Shown piece by piece: positions 20,085 to 34,521 of a stretch of DNA of 64,000 nt. A program made the position numbers and the translations under genes. The notes beneath the pieces were generated by a model. That model did not search any database and had not been told where the DNA came from. It saw only the letters and a list, made by a program, of their open reading frames with translations. Source of the stretch: Yuukianura sp. NJ FZ-2021 (taxonomy: Eukaryota). The stretch spans positions 10,106,001 through 10,170,000 of the forward strand of contig CM102286.1 of NCBI GenBank assembly GCA_046563655.1. The letters are read 5' to 3'. Numbering within the stretch: position 1 is the first letter of the stretch; every line of letters begins with the position of its first letter.

Positions 20085-22847
20085 AAGGGTTTACCTAAGT
20101 CAGCGTTTTGTTTCAGACACTCCGCTTATTAGCGTGTAAATTAATTAAGCCATTCTAAACGACTGACAAAAATTGTACTACGGAGGAGTTTTTCCCTGGC
20201 TTGTCCAAATCTGTTCCCGCATCTCTGAGGACAAAGGAAAAGTGAAAGCGAGATGGAGGTTACAGGAGGTTTCTAGGAATTACGGATGTGATCACCTTCG
20301 TAGGTTTGGTTTTAGAAAACATATTTTTTTTTGCTGTTGTAGTACATTAATTTTTTTGCCAAATGCTATGAATTTATCTTTTTAATAAAAAGTTCATAAA
20401 TCCTGAATTAGGCCACTTTGTGTTTTTCCAAAAATCTGTGTAGGTAAGCTGAAAATGCAGTGCATTATTTTCGTGGCACGTGGCCATAAATTTGTACGAC
20501 AACAAAAACCTTTGATTTTCTATAATGAAGAGGCCTGTTGAACAGCTTCATTGTTCTTTTCTTTTCATTGTGCCACCGTTTCCAGTAGTTTCAAGTAGGC
20601 GTAGTACATGAATTACAGCTTTCAGCAAGCCCCTTGCTGGAGGCTAACACTGGATTTTCCACATGTAGTTATTACAAGGGACGTACAAAGGGACAGAGGG
20701 CCCTTTACAAAGTGCTAATCCCATTGTTCGACAAGTGTCAAAGTGTCTTCAACAATGCTCTCACTCTTCCTTTCTTCCAAACAAAACCCACCCATTTATC
20801 TCACTTCAAAACGCCTAGGAACCGTCGCTTTTCATTGTTTCTGGAAAGTATTAGATCCAAATTTGTCTAAAAAATGTTGTTTCAGCATCAAATAAAATTA
20901 GCTTGAGTAAACTTGATGCTAGTGACAAATTAACGGAGAAAACCAAGGTAAATAGAATACTTATAGGTACGGTCCCTAAAAATTGTTTTTTCAAAACTGA
21001 GTTGCTATGGGATTTTTTTCACTCCGAGTTAACTCATTTACAGTGCTGTTCAACATTTTCACCATTTTAGTCTCAATACTTTCGCCGCAAACATAAAAAT
21101 AGCTGAAAAACTCGGATGAACCTGTATTTTCACTCGGAGTGACGTCATTGTGAGTGAAATTGTAAACAACTCAAGAATCGGTTTTGGTCGCTAAGGCATT
21201 TTTGCCACCCCCTGGGAGAAAACTTGAAATTCTATTCTGAAAATAAATTCCGGTAGATACATCTTTACGCAGTAAATACGACAAAAAAATTTTCTGAAAA
21301 TTTTTTCTCTGTTCTTGTACTTTTGGATATTTTCTGCTCGTTAACTTAGACATGAATTCAGGAAAGATTTGACACTCCCCAAGGACTTTCACGACTTTTC
21401 CAGCAAACTACACGCTTGGCGTTATCACAGTCACCTCGAGAGCTTTCCAGAAGATTTTCAATTTTCGAAGATCATCTTTTTGGAAGTTGTAGATTTTGAA
21501 TATCCAAGTCCCAAGTGATTGGAGTGTAAGTGGTTGACACTTAAGGTGTCTCAATGGGGGTCTTTCCTCTCAGGTTCATTAGAGCGCTTCCTATTTCAAT
21601 CCCGCAGGAAATGAAATCCTGATTTGAGCGATTTAAATCCATTTACATTCTCCAGCTTATTTCCAATCCCAACGACTACAACCAGATCCATCATCCGGAC
21701 TCAAATTCTAGTTTATATTTGGATAGATTATGTTGCATCTTCATGCAAAGTTATAAAACCTTGACTTATGTTAGGATTAGGATATCCTCAATCCGGAACA
21801 AGCTCGCGAGTTAAAAATCTGCACAAAATAATTGAATTTTTGGTTTATACAATAAGCATTCCGGCTTGTCAGGCCTACATTGCAGTGAAAGAATCACAGA
21901 CACGGGTATGATAAAAAATTTGGGCGAATGAAGTGCTTAACTTTTTAACTGACCTTAGCCTAAACTGAAGTGAGCTAGTGTTCTAATAAGGAATGCAGGA
22001 ATACGATTCAAGTGATTATTAGGTTAGTCCTTTCACCTCCAAATTGTTGCAGTGTGGCGCAGACTGTTTTGCTCATGACGACGCCAAAGTCTCAAGAATT
22101 CGGACATCAAGAATCATAAAACCAGACAAAACAAAAGGTTGGGCACTAGCATTGTTTCTGAGCTTTTTTTTTTTGTTTTGGCGTTAAAGAATAGTACATG
22201 TCATGAAGGGCTTATTAGACCACTTTGTTGTAGATCCAATGACAAGGATTTACTAATAGGTGTCTGGTAGTGTATAAAATGAGAAGTGGATTTGAAATGC
22301 AAGAGTGACAGGTGTGAGGTAGCAAGTGGCGTATTCTGTTCTTGGGGGAAGAGACAATGAGATCCCTGCAGGGGCCCTCAATGAAAGGGAAATCATGGAC
22401 AAGGGCCCTCCTCCCTTGGCAGATATTTATTCACATTTGAGCTTCACAAGAATGGATTCTGCAGACTCCGGAATCCAGAATATGCTCCAGGACTCAATCC
22501 AATTGTGTAAGCTTCTCTGGTTATTCTAAACCTAGTGGGCCAAAGACCTTGTTCAAAAAAGATCCACAATCCCCTTTAAGTTCAAATGACCAAACGGCCG
22601 CAATTCAACAAAACTTTCACTCCAAAGTCCAACTTCATCTTTTTCCAAAACTTTTCATTCACGCCTTTACTCGAAACTGAAAATGAAATTGAACTGACAG
22701 GATATCGCAGTACAAAGTCTACACAAAACAATTCAACTTTACTCATCTTTTTTATTTTGTAACTATTTAACATGTTTAGTTAATTTCACTTCTGAGCAAC
22801 ATAAGAATTGAAGCAGTAAGTGCGACAATTACTTTGTAATTAAAAAA

Positions 22848-23396
22848 TTATGGCACTAGGTCCAATTGCATCAGCGTAACATCCAACTCGCGTCCAAACT
22901 TGATTCCAACTTTTTTCAAAACTCCAACATGCACAAATCCAGCCTTTTTGTGAAATTGAATGCTTCCCACATTTTCAGAAGAGATTTGCGCAATTAATAC
23001 TCGTTTTCCAGTTTGTTTTGAATGTTCAATTAATTTCCCTAGAAGAACTTTACCAATACCTTGGCCCTTGTAATCGTTGTCAACGTAAACGGAAATGTCG
23101 GCAGTCGTTTCGTAACATTTTTTCGTCGACCAAGGAGACGATCTTGCCCAACCAACAATTTTTCCATTTGGTGTGTTGTGCTCTTCTGACTTGTGCTCGG
23201 CAACAAAAATTGGATATGTTTGTAGGCAATATTGATTGAAAAATTTTTGCTCCTCTTGAGCCGTTTTGGGGATTTGGTCGAAATTCGCTGTTGAGTTTAA
23301 AATTTCAAAATTTAGGATTCTGAATATCCCAGCTACGTCATCCGCCGTAGCGACCCGTATTTGTATATTGTCGTTTTTCAACAAAGATGTGTCCAT
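22848..23396 (-). CDS. GNAT N-acetyltransferase, phosphinothricin/methionine-sulfoximine acetyltransferase (Pat/YncA)-like
   Basis: Intronless 182-aa ORF with IRVATADDV..I.N..I.NSTANF, SVYV...KGQGIGK acetyl-CoA motif, N.GSI.FH.K.GF and VG.KFGR.LDV.LMQL. Confidence 0.9.
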   Translation of the reverse strand: MDTSLLKNDNIQIRVATADDVAGIFRILNFEILNSTANFDQIPKTAQEEQKFFNQYCLQTYPIFVAEHKSEEHNTPNGKIVGWARSSPWSTKKCYETTADISVYVDNDYKGQGIGKVLLGKLIEHSKQTGKRVLIAQISSENVGSIQFHKKAGFVHVGVLKKVGIKFGRELDVTLMQLDLVP

Positions 23397-23721
23397 CTTA
23401 AAACTTAAAAAGGTTTGACTTCGTGATGAAATTGTTTCACTTTGACTTGTGTCTCGTAATGACAGTGAAATATTACTGAACTAAATTTTAAACCATATTT
23501 TGCAACCCACACAAGTGGCCGAATTTAACAGGCCTTAAGAGTAGAGTGGTATTATATGATATTTGACCTTGGGTGAACTTAAATCTATGAGCTAAGATTC
23601 TTGATGTGGAACTATGGTTGAACATTAAAGTAGAACGATGTCATTTCTAAAAAAAAAAAAGTCATAAATACTTTCCATTTATTGCAGACCTTTAGTGTTA
23701 AATTAGTAAAATAATGCGCGA

Positions 23722-24442
23722 TTGTGCGTTAATAAAGAAATTCATCAGAAATAGCCACGCCCAGTAATTTACTTTCTTTATTTGAGACTAATTTTGTGTT
23801 GGTAAAAAATTAGGAACATAGAGAACTAGCACGTGACATGACAAAACAAACACTTTGAATGCGGGCGGTTCGGTTTGAATTTGAGTTTATTTTGGCACCA
23901 GTCCGCCTCGATCTTAACCGAACTTTCACTTTATCTATTTTTTCAAAACTCCGATTTTCCAAATTCACCCCAAGTGTAATACAAATTTGAAATTTTAAAT
24001 CATTTCAAGTAGTGGAGTAGTTCCTAAAACTTGAGACAGTTAACGCAATGTTTGACTTTTTCAACTCGCAGCGGCAACCCAATTTCCCGAGTCTAAATGG
24101 AAACATACTAGTATTCCGTTATTTCTCAGTGTTTATGTTATTAGAAAATATAAGTATAAGATAAACATCTTCTGCATCTTAGACACGAGTTTCCAAAAAA
24201 TTTCGTAAATAGTTCTTAATTCAGTGTAGACGCGTTTCACTGATAAAATGATCAAGCATTGGTCCTTGTGCGTTAATGAAGTAAATTTGATAAAAAATAT
24301 TAACCACGCCTAGTAATTTACTGTTGTCATTTCAGAGATGAAAGAAATGTGAGAGATGTTAAAAAAAATCATGAACATAGTGGTACAGACACACGACTTG
24401 ACAAAACAAACACTTTGAATGCGGGCGGCTAGGTTTGAATTG
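23722..24442. repeat. Diverged ~165-bp direct duplication with an identical 30-bp core
   Basis: tgacaaaacaaacactttgaatgcgggcgg at 23839-23868 and 24399-24428, with shared upstream ttgtgcgttaat and ccacgcc.agtaatttact. Confidence 0.8.
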
Positions 24443-26266
24443 ATACGTTTGAGTATATTGGTGCCAAACGTCGTTCACGCGTGTCCGACTAATTTCTGAC
24501 ACACGGCTTGGCCTCATACCACTTTTAAGTATACAATCCAATACAAATGCACTTTACACTGACTGAGTTTCAGAAAACTGAAATTGAAATAAAAACGAAT
24601 TGTAGCTTTCTTAACCTAAATAGTTGCTATCTGGTTGTTTCAAGACTCAAATTCAAATGGGGTAAATTTTCCTACGGTACAACTATCTTCTTTCAAATTG
24701 TCGCAATTAGTAGTTTTGTATCCTTATTTTTGTGTAACTTTGTGAGAGGAGAAAAGTAAGAAAATGTGGAGAAGATGAGGATGAGGAATCAAGTGAAAGA
24801 ATCTGAGAATCTTGTTCGTGGAAAATCTTCATCATTTTGCTTAGCAGAGGAAAACCTAACCTTAAGAAGAAAGTGCGAACATGGAAACGGCGAAGCGTGC
24901 AAGTTAGCTAACCTAACCTCAAGTATGGAAGACCCAAAAAAAGCCTTGGGACTTGGACTTGTGTTAGTACTCAGAGGATCCTCCAAAAACTTCGAGGATG
25001 ACGGCTTAACTGGATGTGATGAGAATTTCTGGAGGGAGAAAGTCAAGTCGCGGGGAGAAATGCCACGGAAGAAAATTTCGGACTGAAAAAAACGGGTAAG
25101 AGAAAGAGAAAATCCGGTCGAGAGGGGAGGGCTGCTTGGTCCTGATTGGTCCACAGCCGCTTCAAAAGTGATAGTGAAAGGCGGTTCGGGCATTTTCGGA
25201 TTTTCAATTTCCCCAAGTCCTTATTTACACAACAGGAACTCCAAAGCACTGGAAGAAGTCTATAGGCTAACGCAATTCACCAGTGTGTCCAAAATATAAC
25301 TTGAGGGATCTGGATCCTAGCCTTGCTTGAGCTCCAGGGCTCCACCACCATCATCTAAAATTCGGCTTCCCCAAAAGCCTCTGTTTCTCTGTAAGTTCCG
25401 AACGCTTTTCCCCGCTACACTCTTGATCTAAAATCCGAATTTTTTTCTGGAAACGAGAATCCCTGAGCATTGGTTGCTAGTGCTTTCTCTCGTTCTCTTT
25501 TATATAAAACCTTCTTGTATGTCGAGACCTAACTTCATTAGTCACCTTTCGTTTCGGTATCACTTGTCACGCCGAGTTTCAGAAGCCAGCCCAAAAGAGA
25601 TTTGGAGAAAGTGTTTGGCCCAGGGAGTCGGTTGCGAGGACTTTGATTGAATAGGTGTTACAAATTGGTTAACATAAATCACACCTCATGAATACCTAAG
25701 GAGGAAAAAGAAAACCAGGGGACTTAAACCAGGCAGAAAGCAAAGGAAGAGACAAATCTAATTTTTAACTAGTTATCCCATCTGCTCCCAGGAACTCCAG
25801 TGCTCCACTGCTAACTCCATTTGCTCCTTTAATTCTATTCATTAGTGACAGTGTACATGTGGACAGTTGGAACTTAACAAGTGAGATCCTAACCTAACCA
25901 AAATCAACTTGCTACAACCAACCACTTTCCCATTTTCTCACTTTCACTTGAACACTTTAATTCACTTTTCATTCCTAATTTATTTACAAAACTATTTATC
26001 CACGCACCATCGTCCTCAAATTGACACTTGTGCTAACTGCACTATTAACTTTTTTGCAACGGCTCAAACGCATGGCCGTCTTGACAGACTTCTCAACATG
26101 ATTAAATTACTTAACTTCTAAGGAGTCCCTAATCAATTCAATTAACAAACACAAAGAAATTTCTTTCTACACCGGAGAAAGCCATACTTCTGAACTTGAA
26201 TATAGCCTAATATCTTGAACTTGAAATTGGACCACGAATACTTTGGAACTTAAAATAAGTTCTGAA

Positions 26267-29200
26267 ATGAGTCAACTGGCTTTTGCGTATAAAATGATGG
26301 AGGAGAATCGGTCCAACTTCAATGACGATCGACTCGAAATTAAAAGAAGTGGAGTCAAATGTGAAGACTTTGCTTCACTGTACATCCATTCCTCAGATGC
26401 ATTGTCTTCTTCTGTCGGAACACCTTCACTGTCAAGATCACTCTCCGATCATTCAGGTAATGCTTCCAAAATTTTTATCTAATTCAAGTCTCATTGAAAC
26501 TGATTTAATTTAAGTTTAGGCTTTAAGTGAAGTTACGGTTTAGTTCAAGTACGGCTGTAATTTCCATGAAATTAGAATTGTGGAATGATTTTTCCGAACT
26601 GGGATTTTCAATTTGCTTCGTCAAATTGAAATTTTGAAAGTCAAAACAAGGCTCTTAAGGGTGTGAAAAATCACTTCAATACTCACTAGCATCACTTTAA
26701 ATCTTTTTTTTCATTCCAAAATGGAAGTTAAGTATTTTGCAGAAGTTTAAGCCCTTGAAAATCGAGGACCTTGACACTTTTTAATTACTCAAGGGCCCCT
26801 CTCTGGCTCTCTCCTGATAGGTTTAGGTTAGGGTAAGCTTGGTGAGCTATACTGATCTGTATCAGTATAGCTTTGGCGTACTTAGGTCATCTCTTGAATA
26901 ATTCTGAATTTCAACAGGGAACAAGGACAGTGACATTTGTCACTTGCTTTTGTGAAGGGCATTGATTTCAATTGACGCTTTAGCACGTGTCACAGTTTTT
27001 AAACTTTAGAGAAGCACCTCCGAGGGTTTTAGAATTACAGGGTCCGCAGGGCCCTTTGTCCTCCGCTGTTGACTCCCTAACCTTCGGATGAGCCCTTCGT
27101 TTTACAGAATAGTCGTAGGATGAAGACACAACTTGTTTCACACTGTGCAACCACTTTCAATTGGATTTCCACTTGAACTCAAAAGATCGGGAAACCTTGA
27201 TTTCATGAATAACTGCTTGACTGCGGTAACTTTTCTTCCAGTCCATGGACTTTTCAATTGCCCACTTCCACTCATCTGAAAAATTACAAGGCTCATCCTG
27301 GTCAACAGATGCCAATCTGATCATCTCATCTACAAATCTGGAAAATCTCAATTGTTCCATTTTACACAGAATTTTTTTTATCCTGTTCTTATACTCTATT
27401 CTCTTAACAAATTAAACAGTCACAGAGAAGCTCAGAATTACAGTGCATAGTGCCTGAGTTCAAAGTACAAAATAATAAATAATATCTAAAATAATTACAA
27501 ATAAACATGTTACACAAATTATATATTTATTTATATATAGTACTTGTGTTGAATTTCAATTAGGTCAAGAAGGTGCTTTCAAAAAACTGAAACCGGAAAT
27601 CGCTACAAGCGGCGGCGGAGGTGGCGGAGGAGGACATACGCCAACCTCGTCTACGTGTCCCACGCCTGCTCGCAGGCGACACAGAACCACATTTACGCAG
27701 GCAAGAAAAATCAACTCAAATATTTCTGAAATGTCATATTTATAAAAAATTATTTCGCCTAATTGAGATTAATAGTTTTGCGGAATGCGAATTTAATTGT
27801 AGTGGAGGGCCGTTAGTGTTTGACGCTTAACCGCTAGAACCAAGGCTACAAATAATAGAGTTAAAAGCAAATGAGTTAATTGAAATAAACGCATTACTCC
27901 AAAGTACGGCATTTTGTGCTGCAACAGTTGGAACGATGTGCTTTGCTAATTTAAGTTGATTTCCTTGTCTTTGAATTGTACAGGAACAACTGGCTGAATT
28001 GGAAACTGCTTTTTCTAAATCACATTATCCGGATATATATTGTAGAGAGGAGTTAGCAAGGACAACCAAATTGAATGAGGCGAGGATTCAGGTAAGTTAA
28101 TATTACTCATTATTCCAATTCCAACTCGAGCGCTCCTTGCTTTCTCCACAGGGAATACACTTTCTACGCCTACTAAAATGATTTACGACATTTTCAAAAA
28201 AGTTTAAACCCGGGACTGGGTTAAGTTCTTTTTGAAAATGTGTTCCAATTAATAAATCACCACGTTTATGAGAGGAAGGAGATCTTTTGAATTTCTTTGA
28301 ATCTGAAGAAAGTTAAAGAGAAAGATTTTTTGTGAAGGAAAAGCTAATTCAATAAAAGTCAAAAAGAAAACGAATCCAAGCCTCAAAGGAACCGAGTAAA
28401 TGGAAAAGAAGCAACGAAATGATGTAAAAACGACCAAATCAAAAAGTCCCTCAACACGTCATGAAAAAAATCGGTCTAAATTTTTCCTAAATTCACTCAA
28501 ATCTTCATATGACAGAATGTTTTACTTTGTTTTTTTACTATATTTATCTCTTCTACATTTTTATTTGTCTGAAAAATTCCTACCAACACTTTCTATTTGA
28601 CTTTTGCAAAAAAAAAAAAAATCCGACCAAAATCGGTCGGACGCACATGAACGAACCCAAGTTTCATTTAAAAAAATTTCACTTGCGCATATCGAAAAAT
28701 ACTTTCATTTAAAAAAAGTTTCACTTTTTTACATAGTAGATTAGCGTATTAAGGGAAAGTCCGTTTTGAATGACCAATTCCTGGTGCAGTGTTTGTGATT
28801 TGCGAGTGGTGGGGGAGTGGAGGCGTAGCCGTGTGTCTGTGATAGGGTGAAAGTGGGTTTAGTAGAGAAAGTAAGTTGTGGAGTGGCCTTCCCTTTGGAC
28901 TTGAGAGGGAGTGTTCGTGTAGTTATGGATGTTGATCAGAATAATGTTTGGAGTGAAAGTGGAGGACAATGGCGGAAGAAGGAAGATGAAGGGGGAGGCT
29001 GTCTTGGAAGGGCTAATAGGGAATTAAGCACAACAAGGAATCCCAATGAATACAAATGGGAAGTCATGCTGAGATGCCTTGTCCAAATATTCTCAATTCA
29101 GCCGACAGACTTTCTCTCAAGTGAGGCATAGTGATGACAAAGGGAGTGGCGCAGGATCACCCAATGACTTTTCTATTCCCCTCATCAATATCATTTTCAT

Positions 29201-32200
29201 TCTATTGTCATCTTTAAATTCAAACGCTTCTTCAGCTTGTAAAAGTCGATTCAAACAAAATACAGTTAAAAAAAATGTCGCGTATAAAAAAGCCCTCGTT
29301 ATGTAGAAAAGAAAATATCCCTCTCATTTATAGGATTCTTAGTTCGCGTTATGATTGAGTCGGAGTTATTGGTCAACTAAAAAAATCGAAAACAAAAATT
29401 GCAGTGCTTTTGAATTTATTTTAGCTAACTTTTCCGAAGGTTACATTTCCGCCTGTTATTTTCTGTTATGTTGTCCACTTTTGAGTTAAGATTGAAAAAC
29501 ATTTATGCAAAAGGAGTTACTTGCTAGTAGATTATAAACAACTTTGATACTTTCTTTGAACTTGATTACATGAAGTCATACTCAATAAGTGAATTTAGTT
29601 GCAGCTAGATAATGATTCATCGATGGAAAAGATCAATGATTCTGGTCTAAATTGAAAACAAAATAGGACATTAGGAAGGGTAACGACAGAACGTAGATGA
29701 AAAAGTAGGACCGTAATCAACAGATAATCAAATCAGAAGAGGGGAACTTTTTGGACTGATTCGTGTAGCCCCAGGAAGTACAATTCTAGAAAAAATCGCA
29801 TACAAAGAACATAGCTCTTCCTACCAGTAACTTTTTTTTTACTTTCACTACTTTTATTTCAGAAAAATAGGAGAAAAAAGAAAAAACGAAAGAGGGAGGA
29901 AGAAAGGAAAAAGGAAAGTGTTCAGGAAGCTTTTCCATTACCTCATCCTTTAGGTATTATAAATTAATGCTCTTCCGTCAGAAGAAGCCTCCTTTTGGCC
30001 CAGTCGTAGTCAGGAGAAAGCGAAGAGCTCTTTACCTATTTAATTTTAAAGTAACTCTGCAGAAAGTTTAAGGCAGAGTATTTTTACCGCTCTTTCTCCA
30101 AGAAGGAAATTAGACTATTCTTTTGGTAGGAGGAAAAATTTAAATGGGAACTTGACTTTTTTTAGTCGAGTAGACAAGGTTTTTGTTGGGAAGAGGAAGG
30201 AACAGACATTCGATAACGAGGTTAGATGCTTCTAAGGGCAGGCAGAGAGCGACTACTTAGAGAACAGGATGCTTTTCAGTTTCACATGTGGAAAAAGCAC
30301 TTTCTTCACTATAGAGAGAGGGAAGATTTAAAGGAAATTGAAAAATATTGAAAAAAAGTGAAGTAGGGAAAAGTGAATGCATGTTCATGTTGAGAGGAGG
30401 AAGAATGTAATCTAAAGTGTATTCGGGGCTGAGGCTGGGAGGGAGAGGCTCATCATTTGACGACTTTCTCCTGAGCAAAAGCAGCCAAAAAGCTTTCATG
30501 CAAGCCTCCATTATTTCTAAGCTTGCCTCTCCAAATCTAATTTCCCTATGTTAAAAGCTCTGTTCTATTTTTTCGAAAAAGGCCCTATCCACTTCTCCAC
30601 TTACGACAGCACAAGTTCTAGTAAAACCCTACATTTTGAAATAGTATATTTTCTAAAATCAACGTGAAAGGTTACTTCAGTAACTCCTCTGCAACTGCAC
30701 ATGGATACTACAGTACACCAGCCTTCAGCCCAATTTCACTTTACATGAGCACAATGTTTCATAAAATGCTTGCCAAAGTGCTTACCAACAGTGATCCAAA
30801 TTTCCCTAAAATTGACCAAGATTTAATGCTGAAATTTTGAAACCATTTCTGTCAAACATTTCTTTGGTCATGTTCAACCTCATTTTTATGTCAAGATTAT
30901 AAAAGTGTAATAACCACGGAGTAAAATATTTAGTCTCCATGCCCGTAATGTTAATAAAAAATATTTCGGGCTTTTTTGTAGGTAAATATTTATTTATTTG
31001 CTCATGCCCTTAATGTTAAGTAAGTAAATATTTAGGTCATTTTTGAAAACATATTTCTTTGTTAATATTTCGGGCGTTTTTAGCATATATTTTTGACAAC
31101 CCTGGTAATAACTAATTTACAGTTCTGCTAACCCTGAAGATTTCTCCTTTATTCACAAAAGAATTGCTTTTAAAAATACTTTCATTCTTTTCACATTTCT
31201 TACGATGATTCAAAACATTATAGAACGTTCTCACTGAAAAGATTTAAATTTCTCAATTTAACAATACCTTTAATTTTGGAAAACTTTTGCCATTCTTTCT
31301 TTGCACTTTATTACCTACAAACCACTTTCCATCAGTGACATTGCATTGATAAATTTCATCTCCGCCATTTCCGTTTGTTATATACATATTGAGTCTAATA
31401 TATTTTTACAATGGCCTCTGAGGCAAAACTAACTTTCATAAAAATTGCCATCACACAGTACACCTTTTCCCCTTGTCTTCGTCATGCATTACGAACTGCC
31501 CAATTTATATTGGGTGCTTACTTACGGACCTTAGTACTAGCGTAACGTATTTGTTTCTGAAAATGGTAACTGGAGCCCTGTCACTTCATCTCTATTTTGT
31601 CTCCGTAAATGCTGGAGAAGATGACAGAGACAGAGTTTCCGAAGGATACATTTTACGGAATGTTGGTAGTTGGAAAACAAAGTGCGAGGGAGAGGCAGAA
31701 TGGAGCTGGAAGCTGGTTGGCACAGTGATAGGACACGTAATTCAATTACGCCTTCCATTTGACGGTGTGCTTCCCAAGGGAGAGAGCCCGACATCCGCGA
31801 CGAGCAGAAAGTTCCCGGATTCCGCTGAAAGGATCCCCAAGACTTCCTTCATCTTTCCACAGTCTCCCTACCAAACCTTCAAACACCATCGAAATGAAAC
31901 TCTCTTTCCAACTACAACTTGGTCCACAAGTATGGAACCTCCGGAAAATGATACTCGGAAGATGAACACAACTTCACCACTTGAAGCACGCTTCCAGTTA
32001 TCCAGTCTTCCGAATCACAGATCCAGCCTTCCCTTCCTCCTCTACGTCGACACGTCCGTTGCCAACGCTACGGACTCCGAGATTTAGATGTAGGGGAGCA
32101 AGTTTCGGAGTAGTTTCACAAAATTTTGATCAAAATTTGATGCCAGGAAACAATAGAGGAGTCCCCTCAACTCTCGTATATCTGCAACATAACTTCCAAC

Positions 32201-34521
32201 TCAGAAGAGAAATTTTTATTTCGCTATTTTCGCTGTTTTTGAACTGTTTTTAATCTACTTTTGGGCGTTTTTTCAGCCTGCACTTGTTGACAATTTAAAG
32301 CATCAATTGAATCATTCGCTTTGAAAAGTAACAAAATTAAAGTTAAAAAAGAAGCTTATCTGGTGAATTGGGCGCTGCAGCACAGTAATTTAGTTTAAAC
32401 TGAGCGTTGAAAATTCTTTCAACGTAGTCTTTCTAGCTGGGAATTTTGAACTCTCCGATTGGATTAGTTTATGAATTTAGAAAGAAAAAGAAGGGAATTG
32501 CGGAAATACTAGAGAACAGAAAGTGATATTATTACATTAGCCTCAGAAACACAATTTAAAAAAGAAAACTGAGAAGCCGTATTTCTTTAGATCAGAGACG
32601 AGAAAAGTAGTCTGAAAAGGGATAATCAAGAAAATGAATCAAATCATCGTTAGAGTCATCAAATTATACGGGAGAGATGAAAAGGAAAAGGCTTTTCACC
32701 TTTCCTTCCAAAATATCCAGCCAAAGAACATTTCGCTTCAAATCAAAATAGACACGACTCAATTCAATATAAATCCGCATCTTTTCACAATTAATACCGC
32801 GTTTCGAACACGCCAATTACCTGCTCTGTTCGTAATTTAAAAGAAAACAGAAATAACGTGAAAATAAAAATTTGAACAGCTCTTGAGGTTAATGGCATTG
32901 ACACAAGTACTACGACACATTAAAGAAGTTTTGCAAGAAGTTCACTTATAAATGAATTTCATGTGCAAATACAAATGCCACCACAATTAATGCTCGAATA
33001 TAAATACACATGATATAATAGTAGGAAAGTTGGAAGGAAAAGTATAGAGCGTTCGTTTACCGCCTTTCATGTTGGCATTTGGATCTCTCTGGAGATGCAT
33101 TTGAAGTTGACTTTCACAATCTGTGAATGAGGAAGAGAAAGTTTTGTTGCGTGAACATTTTGGATGCTGGAAGAAGCCTCTAGACAATTCCCCCTTCCCG
33201 CATCTTCTGGATCCCTTAGATTCCCTTCTAAAGGATCTCACTAGATTCCTCAATCCTAAAAGTAACTTTTCCTCCTAAAACTACTTTCTCTTTGAAGACG
33301 CTACATCACAACCATTTTCCTGTTTCATTGATTTTAACTAGAGGGAAAAAATCCAGACTCCGCCAGTTTACTTTACTCATCTCCACTTTTATCCGCCACC
33401 CAATCTCATCTTCAGACATTCTTGCTCAACTTTTCCCAATTTCCACAAAATATCATCTCGTACCAACACTTTTTCATACTTTCAGCTATTATTGTCACCA
33501 TCTTCTTGAAATTTTACTTTCAATACACACTTAACAGCTTTTGACACAAGTGCAACAACATTGGAAGTTGAACTTAAAAATCACTTTGCAGTATGTCGCC
33601 TCATTCACAATAAATGTAGCGAAATTTTCCTTTTGCGAGCAGTAGTAGTCCCAGAACGTCTTCAGAATCTTCAGTTAAAATGGAAATGCTTATTTCCATT
33701 GCCTCAAATAATCAGTGAAATTTAAACTCACATTGCAATATCGTCAATGTTAACATTCATCCGTTACTTTATGTTATAAATACTTTAGGTATGGTTTCAA
33801 AATCGGAGGGCCAAGTACAGGAAGCAGGAGAAGCAGCTCCAGAAAGCCCTGGCACCCTCCGTTCTGCCGCCCTGCAATGGAGCCATGATGCGGAATATTT
33901 ATCCCTCGGCAAGTCGCGGTTACCAGCACTATCCACATGCAGGATCCATCAATTCCATTAACACGATGAACAGATATCCTCAGGTGACGAAAACTATCTC
34001 ATTGCATCTTAATTGCTTTCAACCTTAGAGTATTTCCTGAAACTTCTGCTAGAATCTAAAACGCTAATTTGAAATTATCTTGCCTGAATTTGAAAACAGA
34101 ATTGTAGTTCGGTGTAACAATTCTAATTTTGTGTAGATGTCGACTGGTTCCTACTCTTCGATGGCGCAGCCTTTCTCAATGCCGCACTCCGCTTCAAACA
34201 TGTCCGCCGTTTCTGCTGGAATCCGTCAGGATGCAATGGGTAAGGGCCTTTAGACGTCCTTTCACAATGAGTACTTCCGGCGGATATGCAGCAGAGAACA
34301 TTCAAAAACGCACTAGAAGTTCGCTGCTGCATATCCTCCGCTTTGAACCAAATTTGCAACTAGAAGTCAGTTGTAATAAAATTGTGAAGCTTGGTTTGCA
34401 TGCAGGGATGAATCCGGAGGAAGAATGGTACAACAAGAGTCTCTCTGCTCTCCGTATGAATACTTCACATCATCACCATCATCCAAACTTAGCAACCCCG
34501 ATGTTACAATACCAGACATGA
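26267..34521 (+). CDS. Prop: PRD-class (Q50) homeobox transcription factor, Prop/unc-42/CG32532-like; exons 26267-26456, 27564-27700, 27984-28091, 33789-33983, 34137-34239, 34406-34521
   Basis: Spliced homeodomain [61 protein letters not shown]. Exon phases are consistent. C-terminus [19 protein letters not shown]. First exon less certain. Confidence 0.88.

Noticed and set aside
24766..25400. Ser/Pro-rich overlapping ORFs
   Set aside because: No homology cue or gene structure that I can support.
31473..32253. 204-aa ORF within the long homeobox intron
   Set aside because: Non-ATG start and no recognisable domain.
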